IMG/VR virus record: IMGVR_UViG_3300023119_000004
DNA length: 64,000 nt
Direction: 5' to 3' (one strand)
Source of the DNA: a virus
Lineage: Duplodnaviria > Caudoviricetes
The notes beneath the pieces are model-generated. The model did not search any database. It was not told where the DNA came from and was given only the letters and a program-made list of their open reading frames with translations. Shown here one piece after another: positions 37,174 through 46,948 of this stretch. Every line of letters starts with the position of its first letter. The first letter of the stretch is position 1. Made by a program: the position numbers and the translations under genes.

Positions 37174-38919
37174 TTATTGTGCTGGAGGAGGAGTTCCGCC
37201 GCCTGTTGCTGTATCTGGTGGAGGTGCATTACCTCCGTCAACTGGTGCCGCGCCACCTTCGCCCTCTGGTGCTGTATCTTCTAGGCCGCCTTCACCGCCT
37301 AGGTCTGCTCCAATACCTGCTCCGCTAATTCCTGCGCCTCTAAGTTCGCCACTTGCGTCTGTTGGTATTGGTTGAATTGTTTCGTCGTTTTCTTCACGCC
37401 ATAATCTTTCGTTTTCTGCAACTTCTTCTGCACTTAGTCCTAAGAATCTACTTAGTGCAAATCTATTTGCAACATAAGGTATACCCGCCATCTGTGTAAA
37501 TGTTCCAACTCTAGCATTATCAAGTTCTGACTGTCTGTAACTTGCAAAGTTTTGTGGTGGATTCATTTTAAGATCAAACATTGCTGTATCAATGTTTACA
37601 CCTTTTTCTAATAGATAGCGTTTAAACTCTTGATTAAACTCTTCTGAAACAAGACCTTGTAGTCTTTCACAGTATGTATTAAAACGTAATTCTTGAATAT
37701 AAGCAGTACCTACTCTACCATCTTGGAACTGTGATGCTCCGTCATCTGGTCCTGTTGGTAAGTATGAACTTGGAATACGTAAACCTCTAACAAGTTTATT
37801 AGTAAAGTATTTTAGATCGTCAATTTCGCCTAGGTTAGTACCGCCTGGTAGTGTTTCAACTTTTGATCCTCTACCTTCTGCTGTTTGTGGAAAGAAGTAA
37901 TCTTCATTAATTGATAAAGGATTGTATGCACTATCAATAACATTTTGTCCACCACCTGTTTGAGATGGAATACGTCTTTGGTGTATGTCTGTTTTAACAC
38001 GCTCAACAAATTGCATTGCCAAGTGTGATGGCATATTACCTACGTCTACATAAAACACTCTACGTTCAGGTGCTCTTTGTACCCTGTAAATAATGATAGC
38101 GTCTTCTAATAATTCTTTTTGTTTGTAAACTTTAAAAATACTTTCAAGTAATGAATTACCAAATGGGAAGTTATTGTCTAATCCTTCTGACAATGACAAG
38201 TGTACAACGTGTTCAGCATCAATAGCAACTTCCTTCATGTCTTTTTGGAATCTGCCACCTGCTTGTGTTTGACTCGGTGCGCCTACCATTCCACGAGCAC
38301 CGCCTGTCATATATCCGTCTCCGCCACCTGTAACATTTCCGTTTGTTTGATGTGGAGTAGTAGCAATACCATTAACAAAGTTTAAGTTAATGTTTCTAAC
38401 AATGTACTGCTCGGGCTCTTTGCCTTGGCTTTCGTTTACAATAATTTTAGTTACGTTTGCTGGGTCAACATAAAACCATTTTTTAGTTTCTGGGTCTCTA
38501 ATAAAAAATGCATCGCCGTATTTGAAAACATTACGTAAAATACGAAACATTTTTGTTTCAAAGTTTTGTAGTTTTGACCACTGTTTTAAATATAATTTAA
38601 GCGTCTGTACTTCTGTACTAGTTGCAGTATTATTAAACTGTAAACTAAAGTTAGTTTCGTTTGTTTTATTTGTTTGTGTACAAAATTCTGCTAAAATATC
38701 AAGTGCGGCATTAACTTCACTATCCATATCCATAGTGTTGTATTGTCCGTAACGCTCTACACGATTTGGAGAACCTACGTAAACGTCTGGAAGATATGAT
38801 GAATAGTTTGCCTGTGCAGGTCCAAGACCTTGGCTATTATTCATTCCCCCTAAAGGACTAAAATTTCCATTTTGTGCTTTATCACCTTCAACTGGTGTAA
38901 AGTATCTTTTCCAACTCAT
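37174..38919 (-). CDS. gp20: Portal vertex protein, gp20-like
   Basis: EDAIIIYRVQRAPERRVFYVDVGNMP, EDYFFP...GRGSKVETLPGG.NLGEIDD..YF..KL..GL.IP. Confidence 0.96.
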   Translation of the reverse strand: MSWKRYFTPVEGDKAQNGNFSPLGGMNNSQGLGPAQANYSSYLPDVYVGSPNRVERYGQYNTMDMDSEVNAALDILAEFCTQTNKTNETNFSLQFNNTATSTEVQTLKLYLKQWSKLQNFETKMFRILRNVFKYGDAFFIRDPETKKWFYVDPANVTKIIVNESQGKEPEQYIVRNINLNFVNGIATTPHQTNGNVTGGGDGYMTGGARGMVGAPSQTQAGGRFQKDMKEVAIDAEHVVHLSLSEGLDNNFPFGNSLLESIFKVYKQKELLEDAIIIYRVQRAPERRVFYVDVGNMPSHLAMQFVERVKTDIHQRRIPSQTGGGQNVIDSAYNPLSINEDYFFPQTAEGRGSKVETLPGGTNLGEIDDLKYFTNKLVRGLRIPSSYLPTGPDDGASQFQDGRVGTAYIQELRFNTYCERLQGLVSEEFNQEFKRYLLEKGVNIDTAMFDLKMNPPQNFASYRQSELDNARVGTFTQMAGIPYVANRFALSRFLGLSAEEVAENERLWREENDETIQPIPTDASGELRGAGISGAGIGADLGGEGGLEDTAPEGEGGAAPVDGGNAPPPDTATGGGTPPPAQ

Positions 38920-38927
38920 TTGTTCTC

Positions 38928-41576
38928 CTACATACCAAAGCCATTCTCACGAATGCCTTTAGTTTGTTTTTTAAGTTCTTCTAACATCATAGCGTTTAAA
39001 CTATTTAAGCGATCTAATTTCGCTTCTGCGCCGTTCTGGCCTTCAGTTGACACATTAATCATTTTTTCAATACTTGCTTTAGTATCTGCATCCATTTTAG
39101 AATAAGCCGCTTGGTAATTTCCAATTTCTTTTGTTAATTCTTTTAAACTGTCAGCAACTTCATCTAAATCGGCTTTGTCCATTGCTTCCATAAACTTAGC
39201 AATACCTTGTAATCCATTACCAATTTTTTCTAATCCAGCGGCATCAATATCAGCAAAACTCTTTAATCCTTCTGCTAGGTCATCAAAGTTGCCGTCATTT
39301 CCAAATAGACTTCCTAAGAACTTACCAAAACTATCCATTACACCGTCACCAGTGAATGCACTAATACCTTTGTGTAAACTTGCAAGTGCTGGACCAATCA
39401 ATTGCATTTGTTGTGGATTTAAATCTTCAAACGATTTTAATCCTGCGGATAGTTTTTCAAATGCGCCTTCACCGATGAAACTAGCAACAATACCGCCTTT
39501 GGCTAACTGCATCATGTTATCAGTTAAAGGTCCTAATGCTTTACCAACATCGCCTAACTTTTTAGAATCCATGTTTTCAAACTTGATAACACCGTCTGCG
39601 AGTTTTCCAACACCTGTAGTAATTGCTTCGATTAACGCGGCAATACCAAATCCTGCAACACCTATTCCTGTAAACGCGGCCGCAACTAATAATAGTCCTG
39701 GACTTGCTAATGAACCTGCGGCACCTACTGCAATAACTGCCGCCGAAACTACTCCAAGTCCGATTGCCATTTCTTTAAATCCAATGTCTGGTATTAGAGA
39801 TCCTAGTAAGCCTCCGCTGTCTCCTTCTTTGTCTGCTTCTGCTAGTAACTTTTCTTTTTCAGCAATTAATTTTTTACCTTCATCAGTACCGGCGCCACCA
39901 GCCGCCGCAATTTTTTTATCATATTCTGTGTTGACTGCGGCTTTTTTATCTACGGCTTTTTCACCAAACACCATTGCTTTTAAAGGTTTGATAAGATATT
40001 TGTCAATTAGTTCACTAAACTTCATAGTTTTAAAGTCTGCAATAAATCCTTCTAAGAAATTACTAACACCGTCAAACATCTCTTTCATTTTCTTGGTGCC
40101 TTCGGGACTTGAAAGCCAAATAGTAAGTTTATTAAACTCTTTCATAACGCCTTCAAATACGCCTGAATCTAATATCTTACCAACAATGATGTTACGTAGT
40201 TTAGTAATTGCACTTTCGAAGTTTAGTATACCTTTTCTACCGTTTTCTTGTGCTTTTGCTTGTGCGTCAACAGCGTCTGCAACATTACCGGAAACAAATC
40301 CTAAACTCATTAATTCTGAGTTAGCATCGTAAGCGGTTGAGCCTAATGCACTTAATGTTGCAATCATTCCGCCTTCTGCTTTTGCTCTTGCCGCGGCTTT
40401 TTGTTGTGCTTCTTTTAATGCTTCAACAAATTGATCTTGTGTTACAGTACCGTTTTTAAGACCTCTAGCCATTTCAAGAATTTCTGGATTTGTTCTGCCT
40501 AAGGACTTGGCAAAGTCACTGATAGGTACGCCGCCTGTTGCAACTAATTCTGTAATTGCTTCTTTCATTTGCGGTGAAGCGTTACCTACAACTGCTAACA
40601 CACCTTGAACTTGTTTCTTAGTGCCTTCTTCCATTGAAGCAAATAAGTTTTTAAGTCTTTTGTCTGTCGATTGTTGTTTTAATTCTTCTGCCGCTTGTTT
40701 TCTACTCATACCAGTAATTTTAGATAACTGGTCAAGTTGCATAATATATTCGTTTGTTCCCTTGGCAAGTTGACGATCACTCATCTGCGTAACTCTACCT
40801 TGGATCTTTTGCATTTCAATGTAATCAGCAGTAAACTCTGTTACGTCTTGCATTGTCATACCAAGTGCTGAAAATGTTCCTTGGTTCTTTTGAATTTCTC
40901 TTGTGATATTTGTAAATCTTGTTGCACCTGCACTTGCACCGCCAAATGCTGTAGCCAACATTGATGAATTTTCTGCTAGTGTGCCTGCAAGTGTTTCCAT
41001 GCTTATACCTGCTTCTGCCGCTTTACGTCTTATTTCAAATAGGTCGCCACCAAAATCAATACCTGCATTTGATAATTCTCTAAAAGTATCAACTTGTCCT
41101 TCAATAATGTTAACAAAGGTCTGTGCCGCTCCGCCTAATAATCCTCCAACAAGTGGAATCTTACTTGCAAGTCCCGTAACGTGTTTACTAAAGTCTGATA
41201 GTCTATCGCCACCTGCTAATACTTCAATAGCCAAATCACCTGTGGCTTTTACTGCATTTCCAAGTCCACTAACAAGTCCAAAAGTGTACTTGTCAACGGC
41301 TTTTGTCATATCTTTGAGTTTATCTGTGGCTTTTTTGACTGCTCCGGTATTCTCTTGACGTGTTTTTGTGCCTTCTTTTATAGCATCTGTTGATTTTTGC
41401 TGGCCTAAAATACCTGCTTGTTGTGCTTTATTGAACTGTTCTTGTATTTTTCCACCAGTTCCTCCGCCTTTTCCGCCAGATTCTAGTGCTTTTAATACAC
41501 GTAATAAGGTGGCTTCTGATGCGGCATTACTAGTAACACCATCCATTCCTCCACCACGATAATTGACTTCAACCAT
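38928..41576 (-). CDS. Tape-measure-like protein
   Basis: 882 aa, Ala/Gly/Leu-rich alpha-helical composition, with TMP-like GIDFGG.L..IR..A..AG.S.E segments. Confidence 0.6.
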   Translation of the reverse strand: MVEVNYRGGGMDGVTSNAASEATLLRVLKALESGGKGGGTGGKIQEQFNKAQQAGILGQQKSTDAIKEGTKTRQENTGAVKKATDKLKDMTKAVDKYTFGLVSGLGNAVKATGDLAIEVLAGGDRLSDFSKHVTGLASKIPLVGGLLGGAAQTFVNIIEGQVDTFRELSNAGIDFGGDLFEIRRKAAEAGISMETLAGTLAENSSMLATAFGGASAGATRFTNITREIQKNQGTFSALGMTMQDVTEFTADYIEMQKIQGRVTQMSDRQLAKGTNEYIMQLDQLSKITGMSRKQAAEELKQQSTDKRLKNLFASMEEGTKKQVQGVLAVVGNASPQMKEAITELVATGGVPISDFAKSLGRTNPEILEMARGLKNGTVTQDQFVEALKEAQQKAAARAKAEGGMIATLSALGSTAYDANSELMSLGFVSGNVADAVDAQAKAQENGRKGILNFESAITKLRNIIVGKILDSGVFEGVMKEFNKLTIWLSSPEGTKKMKEMFDGVSNFLEGFIADFKTMKFSELIDKYLIKPLKAMVFGEKAVDKKAAVNTEYDKKIAAAGGAGTDEGKKLIAEKEKLLAEADKEGDSGGLLGSLIPDIGFKEMAIGLGVVSAAVIAVGAAGSLASPGLLLVAAAFTGIGVAGFGIAALIEAITTGVGKLADGVIKFENMDSKKLGDVGKALGPLTDNMMQLAKGGIVASFIGEGAFEKLSAGLKSFEDLNPQQMQLIGPALASLHKGISAFTGDGVMDSFGKFLGSLFGNDGNFDDLAEGLKSFADIDAAGLEKIGNGLQGIAKFMEAMDKADLDEVADSLKELTKEIGNYQAAYSKMDADTKASIEKMINVSTEGQNGAEAKLDRLNSLNAMMLEELKKQTKGIRENGFGM

Positions 41577-41649
41577 TTATTATATACCCAGTTAACTCAG
41601 ATTCATAAATATGTTATATGAACATATATTATTTATCCGGAGAAAAACC

Positions 41650-42513
41650 ATGCCAGAAATAAAAGCCGCAGGGCCTAATCCGCTACAGAAATACTTTAGA
41701 CAACCAAAGATCTATGTAACTTTACCAAGTAAAGGTGCATGGTATCCAGAGGGTACTATTGATATGACTGAAAGCGGTGAGTTACCTGTATATGCAATGA
41801 CGGCTAAAGATGAACTGATGTTTAAAACACCAGACGCTTTATTAAATGGTCAATCCACGGTCGACGTTGTACAAAGTTGTATTCCAGCAATTAGAGATGC
41901 ATGGCATTGTCCTGCAATCGATATGGATGCAATTTTAGTTGCTATTAGAATTGCAACGTACGGCGAAAAACTCGAAGTTAAAGGAACTGTTCCAGGTACA
42001 ACTATTGAACGTGCTTTCGACTTAGATCTAAGACGTGTGTTAGACAAATTTGGAAGCGTAATTTTTGAAACGTCAATTAACGTAGGTGATATGCTTATTA
42101 CTATACGTCCTCAAACTTATAGAGAGTTTACAAATACTGCTATCAAAACTTTTGAAGAGCAAAGAATTGCTTCTGTTGTCAATGATGAAGAAATGTCAGA
42201 TGAAGAGAAGTTGCAGAGATTTAATAACTCGTTTACAAAACTAACAGCACTTACAGTTGATCTAGTTGTTAATTCAATTGTGTCAATTGAAGTTGATGGT
42301 GATGTTGTAACCGATAGAAATCATCTTGCACAATTTATTGCTAACGCTGATAAAGAATTCTTTACTGCTATTACTGATCGTATTGAGAACGAAAAGAAAA
42401 AATTCGAACTCGAGCCAATCAAAGTACAAGCATCTGAAGAAGAACTTGAAGCAGGTGCACCTAAAGAATATACTATTCCAGTTACATTCGACCAAGCAAG
42501 TTTTTTCGCCTAA
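41650..42513 (+). CDS. Baseplate hub subunit / tail-assembly protein, gp26-like (start likely ATG 41650)
   Basis: RQPKIYVTLPSKG, VYAMTAKDE, D.DAIL.AIRIATYGE; GGAG RBS before 41650. Confidence 0.75.
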   Translation: MPEIKAAGPNPLQKYFRQPKIYVTLPSKGAWYPEGTIDMTESGELPVYAMTAKDELMFKTPDALLNGQSTVDVVQSCIPAIRDAWHCPAIDMDAILVAIRIATYGEKLEVKGTVPGTTIERAFDLDLRRVLDKFGSVIFETSINVGDMLITIRPQTYREFTNTAIKTFEEQRIASVVNDEEMSDEEKLQRFNNSFTKLTALTVDLVVNSIVSIEVDGDVVTDRNHLAQFIANADKEFFTAITDRIENEKKKFELEPIKVQASEEELEAGAPKEYTIPVTFDQASFFA

Positions 42514-42524
42514 GGATCTCCACA

Positions 42525-42737
42525 ATGTCTCTTGAAGAGATCCTAGGAGAAGTGGACAAAATGGAAAAAGAGACGAAGCAGTACAAACTCGAACTGATGA
42601 GATTACTCTGGTATATGAGAGGTAGTATCACATTGGATGAAATTTATAATGCTTCTTCTGAAGATAGAGAAATTATGTCTACGCTTATTAAGGAAAATCT
42701 AGAAACTGCTAAGAAAACAGGACAGCCGTTCTTTTAA
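42525..42737 (+). CDS. Baseplate hub assembly protein, gp51-like
   Basis: 70 aa immediately after the gp26-like gene, as in T4-like synteny. Confidence 0.5.
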   Translation: MSLEEILGEVDKMEKETKQYKLELMRLLWYMRGSITLDEIYNASSEDREIMSTLIKENLETAKKTGQPFF

Positions 42738-45529
42738 GCCGGCTGTTTCTGTGTTAGCATATCTCTTACTTGTTTTTGTAAACCCGCTTTACCGATTTCG
42801 TCAGCCAATGTCGGTATATCAATTTCCATATTACCTAATTGACCTGCACTAGCAGATTGTCCTGCTGGTTGAGCAAGTGATTGTTTAACAGCATCAGCAA
42901 CGCCTGCTTTTTTAATTTCCTGTGCTAATGCTTTAACATCTACTGTACCACCTTGTGCTTGTGTGCCACCTTGTGCTTGTGTGCCACCTTGTGCTTGTGT
43001 GCCACCTTGTGCTTGTGTGCCACCTTGTGCTTGTGCTGGAGTATCTCCGCCTTGTGCTGAAGTACTTGCTTTTGCTGTACCCGAACCTTTATTAAGTTCA
43101 GCCGCTACTGCCTTTGTAGCAACTCTACCTGTCTTATCACTTGTCCATTGTTGTCCTTGGAAAGTATAAGTGTCGCCATCTGAACCTGTTGCTTTTGCAC
43201 CTTTTTCTGGTTTGCCACCTTGTGCTGGTGTTCCTGCATCTGTTGTTCCGCCTTCAGGTGCTCCTGCATCTGTTGCACCTGCATCTGTTGCACCTGCATC
43301 TGCATCTGCGTCTGCTTTAGGTGTTGGTTTTAAATCTGTTTTAGTATTTGTAGCAACAAGACCAATTGCTTCATCGCTCATACCCGCGTCTGAAAGAATA
43401 TTTGCAATAGAACCTGTGTCTAACGGTTCTCCCATCTTCTTCCAAATAGCATTTAGTTTCTTAACTGTGATCTTATTACCTAATTCTTTACCTGCTGACT
43501 TTGCCGCACCTGCTACAGCACCAACTGCTCTACCAATGCCGCCGCCAACTGCCGCACCTGCTTTATCCATTCCAGCGCCGACACCTTTAGCCGCCGCTTT
43601 ACCGATATTTGCCGCTCCTGCCGCCGCTTTCTTAGCAATGTCTTTAATGCCAATTTCTGCTAGGTATTCGTCAGTATACTTGCTTTCTACTTCTAGATAG
43701 ATTTTATATTCTTCTTCTAGTTCTTTTGCTATTCTTAAATCTCTAGATTCTTTTGTTTCTGCTGGCTTAACTTCTGATGCCGCTAGTGCTCCACCTAGTG
43801 CAACTGCCGCCGCACCTTGCATAACTTTTTCTGCAACGTCTTGAGCAAAAGTATCTTTAAGTGTTTCCATACTTGCTTCTTTGTTTGCTAGAATAACATT
43901 ATCCATAAATGCTTTTACCAAAGGATTGTCTGGATCTTGTTCTGCAAGTTTATCAATAGCCGCAAACATTTTATCATTAAAAACTTCTGGTCCTACTGTT
44001 AATTCTTTAATTGCGTATACTGTATTACCGTCTGCATCTACACCTTCAATTTGTGTTGTAACGTTAGCACTCCAAGGTTTATCTGAACCAGGTAGTTTTG
44101 TTTCAATTTTATTTGTAAAGGTTTCTCCTGCTTCGTATTCGCCTTCTATGCCGCCAATTACTTTTGGTTCATCACCCATGAATGTTTTTAATTCGCTACT
44201 TGAACTCATTGAAATACCTTCACGGAAGTTTGCTTGGTCAACTGCTCTTTCTAATTGTGTAGCCGCTTGTAAATCTTCAAACTCTGTTTCGGTCATTCCT
44301 GCTTTTAATAGTGCATCTTTGTTTTCATCTAGCCAACCGTTACGTGGAAATTCACTTGAGTCAATATTAAATTTGTCATTAAGTTCTTCTGCTGAATATT
44401 CTGCTTTAACTGTTCCTACTTCGTCACCTGATAGTTTGTCTGCATCAGGTGCACCATCGTCTGCTGGTTCTCCATAGTCGCCATCATCGCCCGGAAGAGG
44501 CTCAGCGTCTGTGCCAGTGTCAACATCATTACCTTTAACTACTACATCAACGCCTCTACCTTCAATACCAAATTCACTTTGTATTGCATCAATTGAACCT
44601 TTAAGGTTTTCGCCGCCACCTAGTTGTACAATTTTGTCATTAAGTTGATCTAACTGTTGCTGTAGTACTTCACCTTCTTCACCACTTAGTCTTGGAAGCA
44701 TTTCTTCCATTGCTGAACGTGCTTGAATTAGTTCTTTGGCCGCATCAGCATCTATGTCCGTTAGAGATGTTGCGTCCATGGCATCTATTTGACTAATATC
44801 AATAGCACCATCTTGGTTTACAAAAATATTTGTAACTTCTGCTGGGAATAAATCTTCTGCCGCACTTGAAATAGCAGAGCCTAATGCACCTGCAACAGCA
44901 CCAAGTGCCGCGCCTTTAACACCTTTAGCCATCGCAACTGACAGTTTATCACCCTTAATAGTATTGTTTGCTAGTTTTAAGAAGAAACCAATTGCGGCAC
45001 CTGACAAAATACCGCCACTTGCAAATGCAAGTACGGAAGTCATTGCACCAATAATAAATGCACTCTTGGCTGGATTTTCTTTAGCAAAACCGCCCCACTT
45101 CTCAACACCTTGAAGAATTTTTTGTCCTGCTGGGTTGCCTTGTAGTTTAGTTTTTAGTTGTGCTTTTAATTTTTCAAACTGTTGATCAAAGTTTTTAACA
45201 GGACCGCTTTCAGCCGCTTGTTTAATTAACTTATCAAGTTCTGCTTTCATCTTGCCTGAGACTTCAGCAGTTACTTTGCCTGCTTTACCCAAGGCTGTTA
45301 GGTTGTCACCACCTTCAATTGCAACTTTTTCTGCGTTAGTAAAAATATCTTGCACTTGGTTAGCAGTAAGTTCTGCTTCCATGAGTCTGTTAAACTCTTC
45401 GTATAACGGCCATACACGTTTTTCCCATTGGCCAATGTGTAATTGTTGTGCTTCAGTTAAAACGTTCCAACCTTCGTTAAGAATAGTTTGTGATTTTAAG
45501 TTATACGTGGTTACTTCGTGCAGTTTCAT
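42734..45529 (-). CDS. Large hypothetical protein with low-complexity/tandem-repeat segments (possible internal virion protein)
   Basis: 931-aa ORF with AQGGTQ and DAGAT repeats; stop codon overlaps that of the convergent gp51-like gene. Confidence 0.75.
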   Translation of the reverse strand: MKLHEVTTYNLKSQTILNEGWNVLTEAQQLHIGQWEKRVWPLYEEFNRLMEAELTANQVQDIFTNAEKVAIEGGDNLTALGKAGKVTAEVSGKMKAELDKLIKQAAESGPVKNFDQQFEKLKAQLKTKLQGNPAGQKILQGVEKWGGFAKENPAKSAFIIGAMTSVLAFASGGILSGAAIGFFLKLANNTIKGDKLSVAMAKGVKGAALGAVAGALGSAISSAAEDLFPAEVTNIFVNQDGAIDISQIDAMDATSLTDIDADAAKELIQARSAMEEMLPRLSGEEGEVLQQQLDQLNDKIVQLGGGENLKGSIDAIQSEFGIEGRGVDVVVKGNDVDTGTDAEPLPGDDGDYGEPADDGAPDADKLSGDEVGTVKAEYSAEELNDKFNIDSSEFPRNGWLDENKDALLKAGMTETEFEDLQAATQLERAVDQANFREGISMSSSSELKTFMGDEPKVIGGIEGEYEAGETFTNKIETKLPGSDKPWSANVTTQIEGVDADGNTVYAIKELTVGPEVFNDKMFAAIDKLAEQDPDNPLVKAFMDNVILANKEASMETLKDTFAQDVAEKVMQGAAAVALGGALAASEVKPAETKESRDLRIAKELEEEYKIYLEVESKYTDEYLAEIGIKDIAKKAAAGAANIGKAAAKGVGAGMDKAGAAVGGGIGRAVGAVAGAAKSAGKELGNKITVKKLNAIWKKMGEPLDTGSIANILSDAGMSDEAIGLVATNTKTDLKPTPKADADADAGATDAGATDAGAPEGGTTDAGTPAQGGKPEKGAKATGSDGDTYTFQGQQWTSDKTGRVATKAVAAELNKGSGTAKASTSAQGGDTPAQAQGGTQAQGGTQAQGGTQAQGGTQAQGGTVDVKALAQEIKKAGVADAVKQSLAQPAGQSASAGQLGNMEIDIPTLADEIGKAGLQKQVRDMLTQKQPA
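42948..43035. repeat. Perfect 18-bp tandem repeat (CCACCTTGTGCTTGTGTG) x4 plus a 16-nt partial copy, encoding AQGGTQ
   Basis: Direct inspection of the sequence. Confidence 0.95.
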
Positions 45530-45540
45530 TATTATCTACC

Positions 45541-46185
45541 TTATAGTAATGCCGCTAGTTCTTTTTTCTGTTGCGGAGTAAGTTTATCTAGTTGTGCCTG
45601 AATGTTTTTTGGAATGCCATTGGCTCCTGCTTGACCGCTACCGCTTTGTGCTGTCGCACCTCCTTGTGCTGTAGCACCGCTATCGCTACCGCTTTGTGCT
45701 GTCGCACCAGCGCCTTGTCCTGTACCGGCTCCGCCGGCGTCATTGCCTTCTGGCCCACCAAACTTACCGCCTAAACTTGGATCTGCTTCTGGTTCATTAC
45801 CAACAGCCGCTTGTCCTGCCGCTCCTTTAAATGTATCTTGTGCAACTTTAGTTAAAATGTCATCTACTTGTTTGGGAGTTAACTTTCCTGACATTCCTTT
45901 AAGTCTAGCAGTTGATAGTTTTTCTTTTGCTAAGAAGTCTGCTAGTGCAGAAGCATCCGGTGCTTTAGTTCCTGCACCTGTTTGATTAGCAAATTGTGTC
46001 CATTTAACACCAATTTCTTTTGCACGATCGTTTGATTGTGCTTTTCCACTTAATCCTGCCGAGGTATTTTTCATACCTACTGCACCTGCCGCTTTTGCAC
46101 CTACTTTACGTGCAATATTACCTAATGCACTACCACCAGGGGCTTCATTTACAGCAGATTCACTTATAATTTGATGAATTTTCAT
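45541..46185 (-). CDS. Hypothetical Ala/Gly-rich protein (possible internal virion protein)
   Basis: 214 aa, GGAG RBS, late boxes upstream. Confidence 0.75.
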   Translation of the reverse strand: MKIHQIISESAVNEAPGGSALGNIARKVGAKAAGAVGMKNTSAGLSGKAQSNDRAKEIGVKWTQFANQTGAGTKAPDASALADFLAKEKLSTARLKGMSGKLTPKQVDDILTKVAQDTFKGAAGQAAVGNEPEADPSLGGKFGGPEGNDAGGAGTGQGAGATAQSGSDSGATAQGGATAQSGSGQAGANGIPKNIQAQLDKLTPQQKKELAALL

Positions 46186-46250
46186 TATTTTACTCCCGTT
46201 GTATTATATTTATGTATAATTATTGATATTTACCTAGTAAATATTCAATC

Positions 46251-46439
46251 ATGAGATATACATATGACGTAGTTGATGCTCGTGGGGAAGTTATCGAACA
46301 GAATCTTTCCTCAGAAGAAGAAGCACATACATATATTGCAATGTTACAAGATCAAGGACACGATACAGCATCGTGGACCATCGTAAAGAATGAACATTAT
46401 ACAGTTAAAGGATTAGGACGTGATCCAGATTTACATTGA
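46251..46439 (+). CDS. Small hypothetical protein
   Basis: 62 aa; GTAAATA box 7 nt upstream; a hairpin downstream could terminate it. Confidence 0.55.
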   Translation: MRYTYDVVDARGEVIEQNLSSEEEAHTYIAMLQDQGHDTASWTIVKNEHYTVKGLGRDPDLH

Positions 46440-46481
46440 TGACCCTTGTGATGATGTTTCACATTGGATTGGATTCATTTG

Positions 46482-46508
46482 ATTTGTTACTTCGTAACAA
46501 ATTGTTTT
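46482..46508 (+). terminator. Palindrome ATTTGTTAC-TTC-GTAACAAAT followed by TGTTTT (terminator or DNA hairpin)
   Basis: Perfect 9-bp inverted repeat at 46482-46502. Confidence 0.5.
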
Positions 46509-46559
46509 CGCTTTGCTCAAACACTTTATTTTTTATATGATTAAGTAATAAACGCGATA

Positions 46560-46948
46560 GCGTTTTAGCATCATGTAGATAGTTGAGCCACAATTCGCCC
46601 GTTGCCGGACGAATTGAGTGGTTTCACATCATGTGAGTTAGCATCACCACAACTGTTTAAGAAGATTTATGCGGTTTAGCGTATAAAATAGATTTATACG
46701 TTCTAACGCATATCGGAGGCGGCAGACCTATAACCCCCTACTTCAGCATTCGCAAAATCCGCGGAAGGCAGTTAATCCCAAACAGTTCGAAATCACTTGC
46801 CTGTGTGTTGTATCTTTTTCACAGAGCACACATCTTTTATGCCTAAGTTAGCATTGTCCTTGCAACACGCCAGTATCTGAATATGGTATCGCACATATCC
46901 TCAAGGCGAGTCGAGCATCCCCGACCAAACATCATTGCTATGTAGTTG
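46560..46948 (-). ncRNA. Candidate ~390-nt multi-domain structured RNA immediately 3' of the GIY-YIG gene
   Basis: At least seven stems, including an 11-bp GCAA-tetraloop hairpin (46591-46616); G-U pairs and the GNRA loop favour the minus strand; no ORF. Confidence 0.6.

Noticed and set aside
42948-43035. Possible CRISPR-like repeat
   Set aside because: Units are contiguous with no spacers, in frame within a CDS, and no cas genes are present.
46900-46930. tmRNA- or tRNA-like start (GGGGAUG...UCGAC)
   Set aside because: No acceptor stem or T-arm/CCA 3' end and no tag ORF; no tRNA cloverleaf was seen anywhere in the window.
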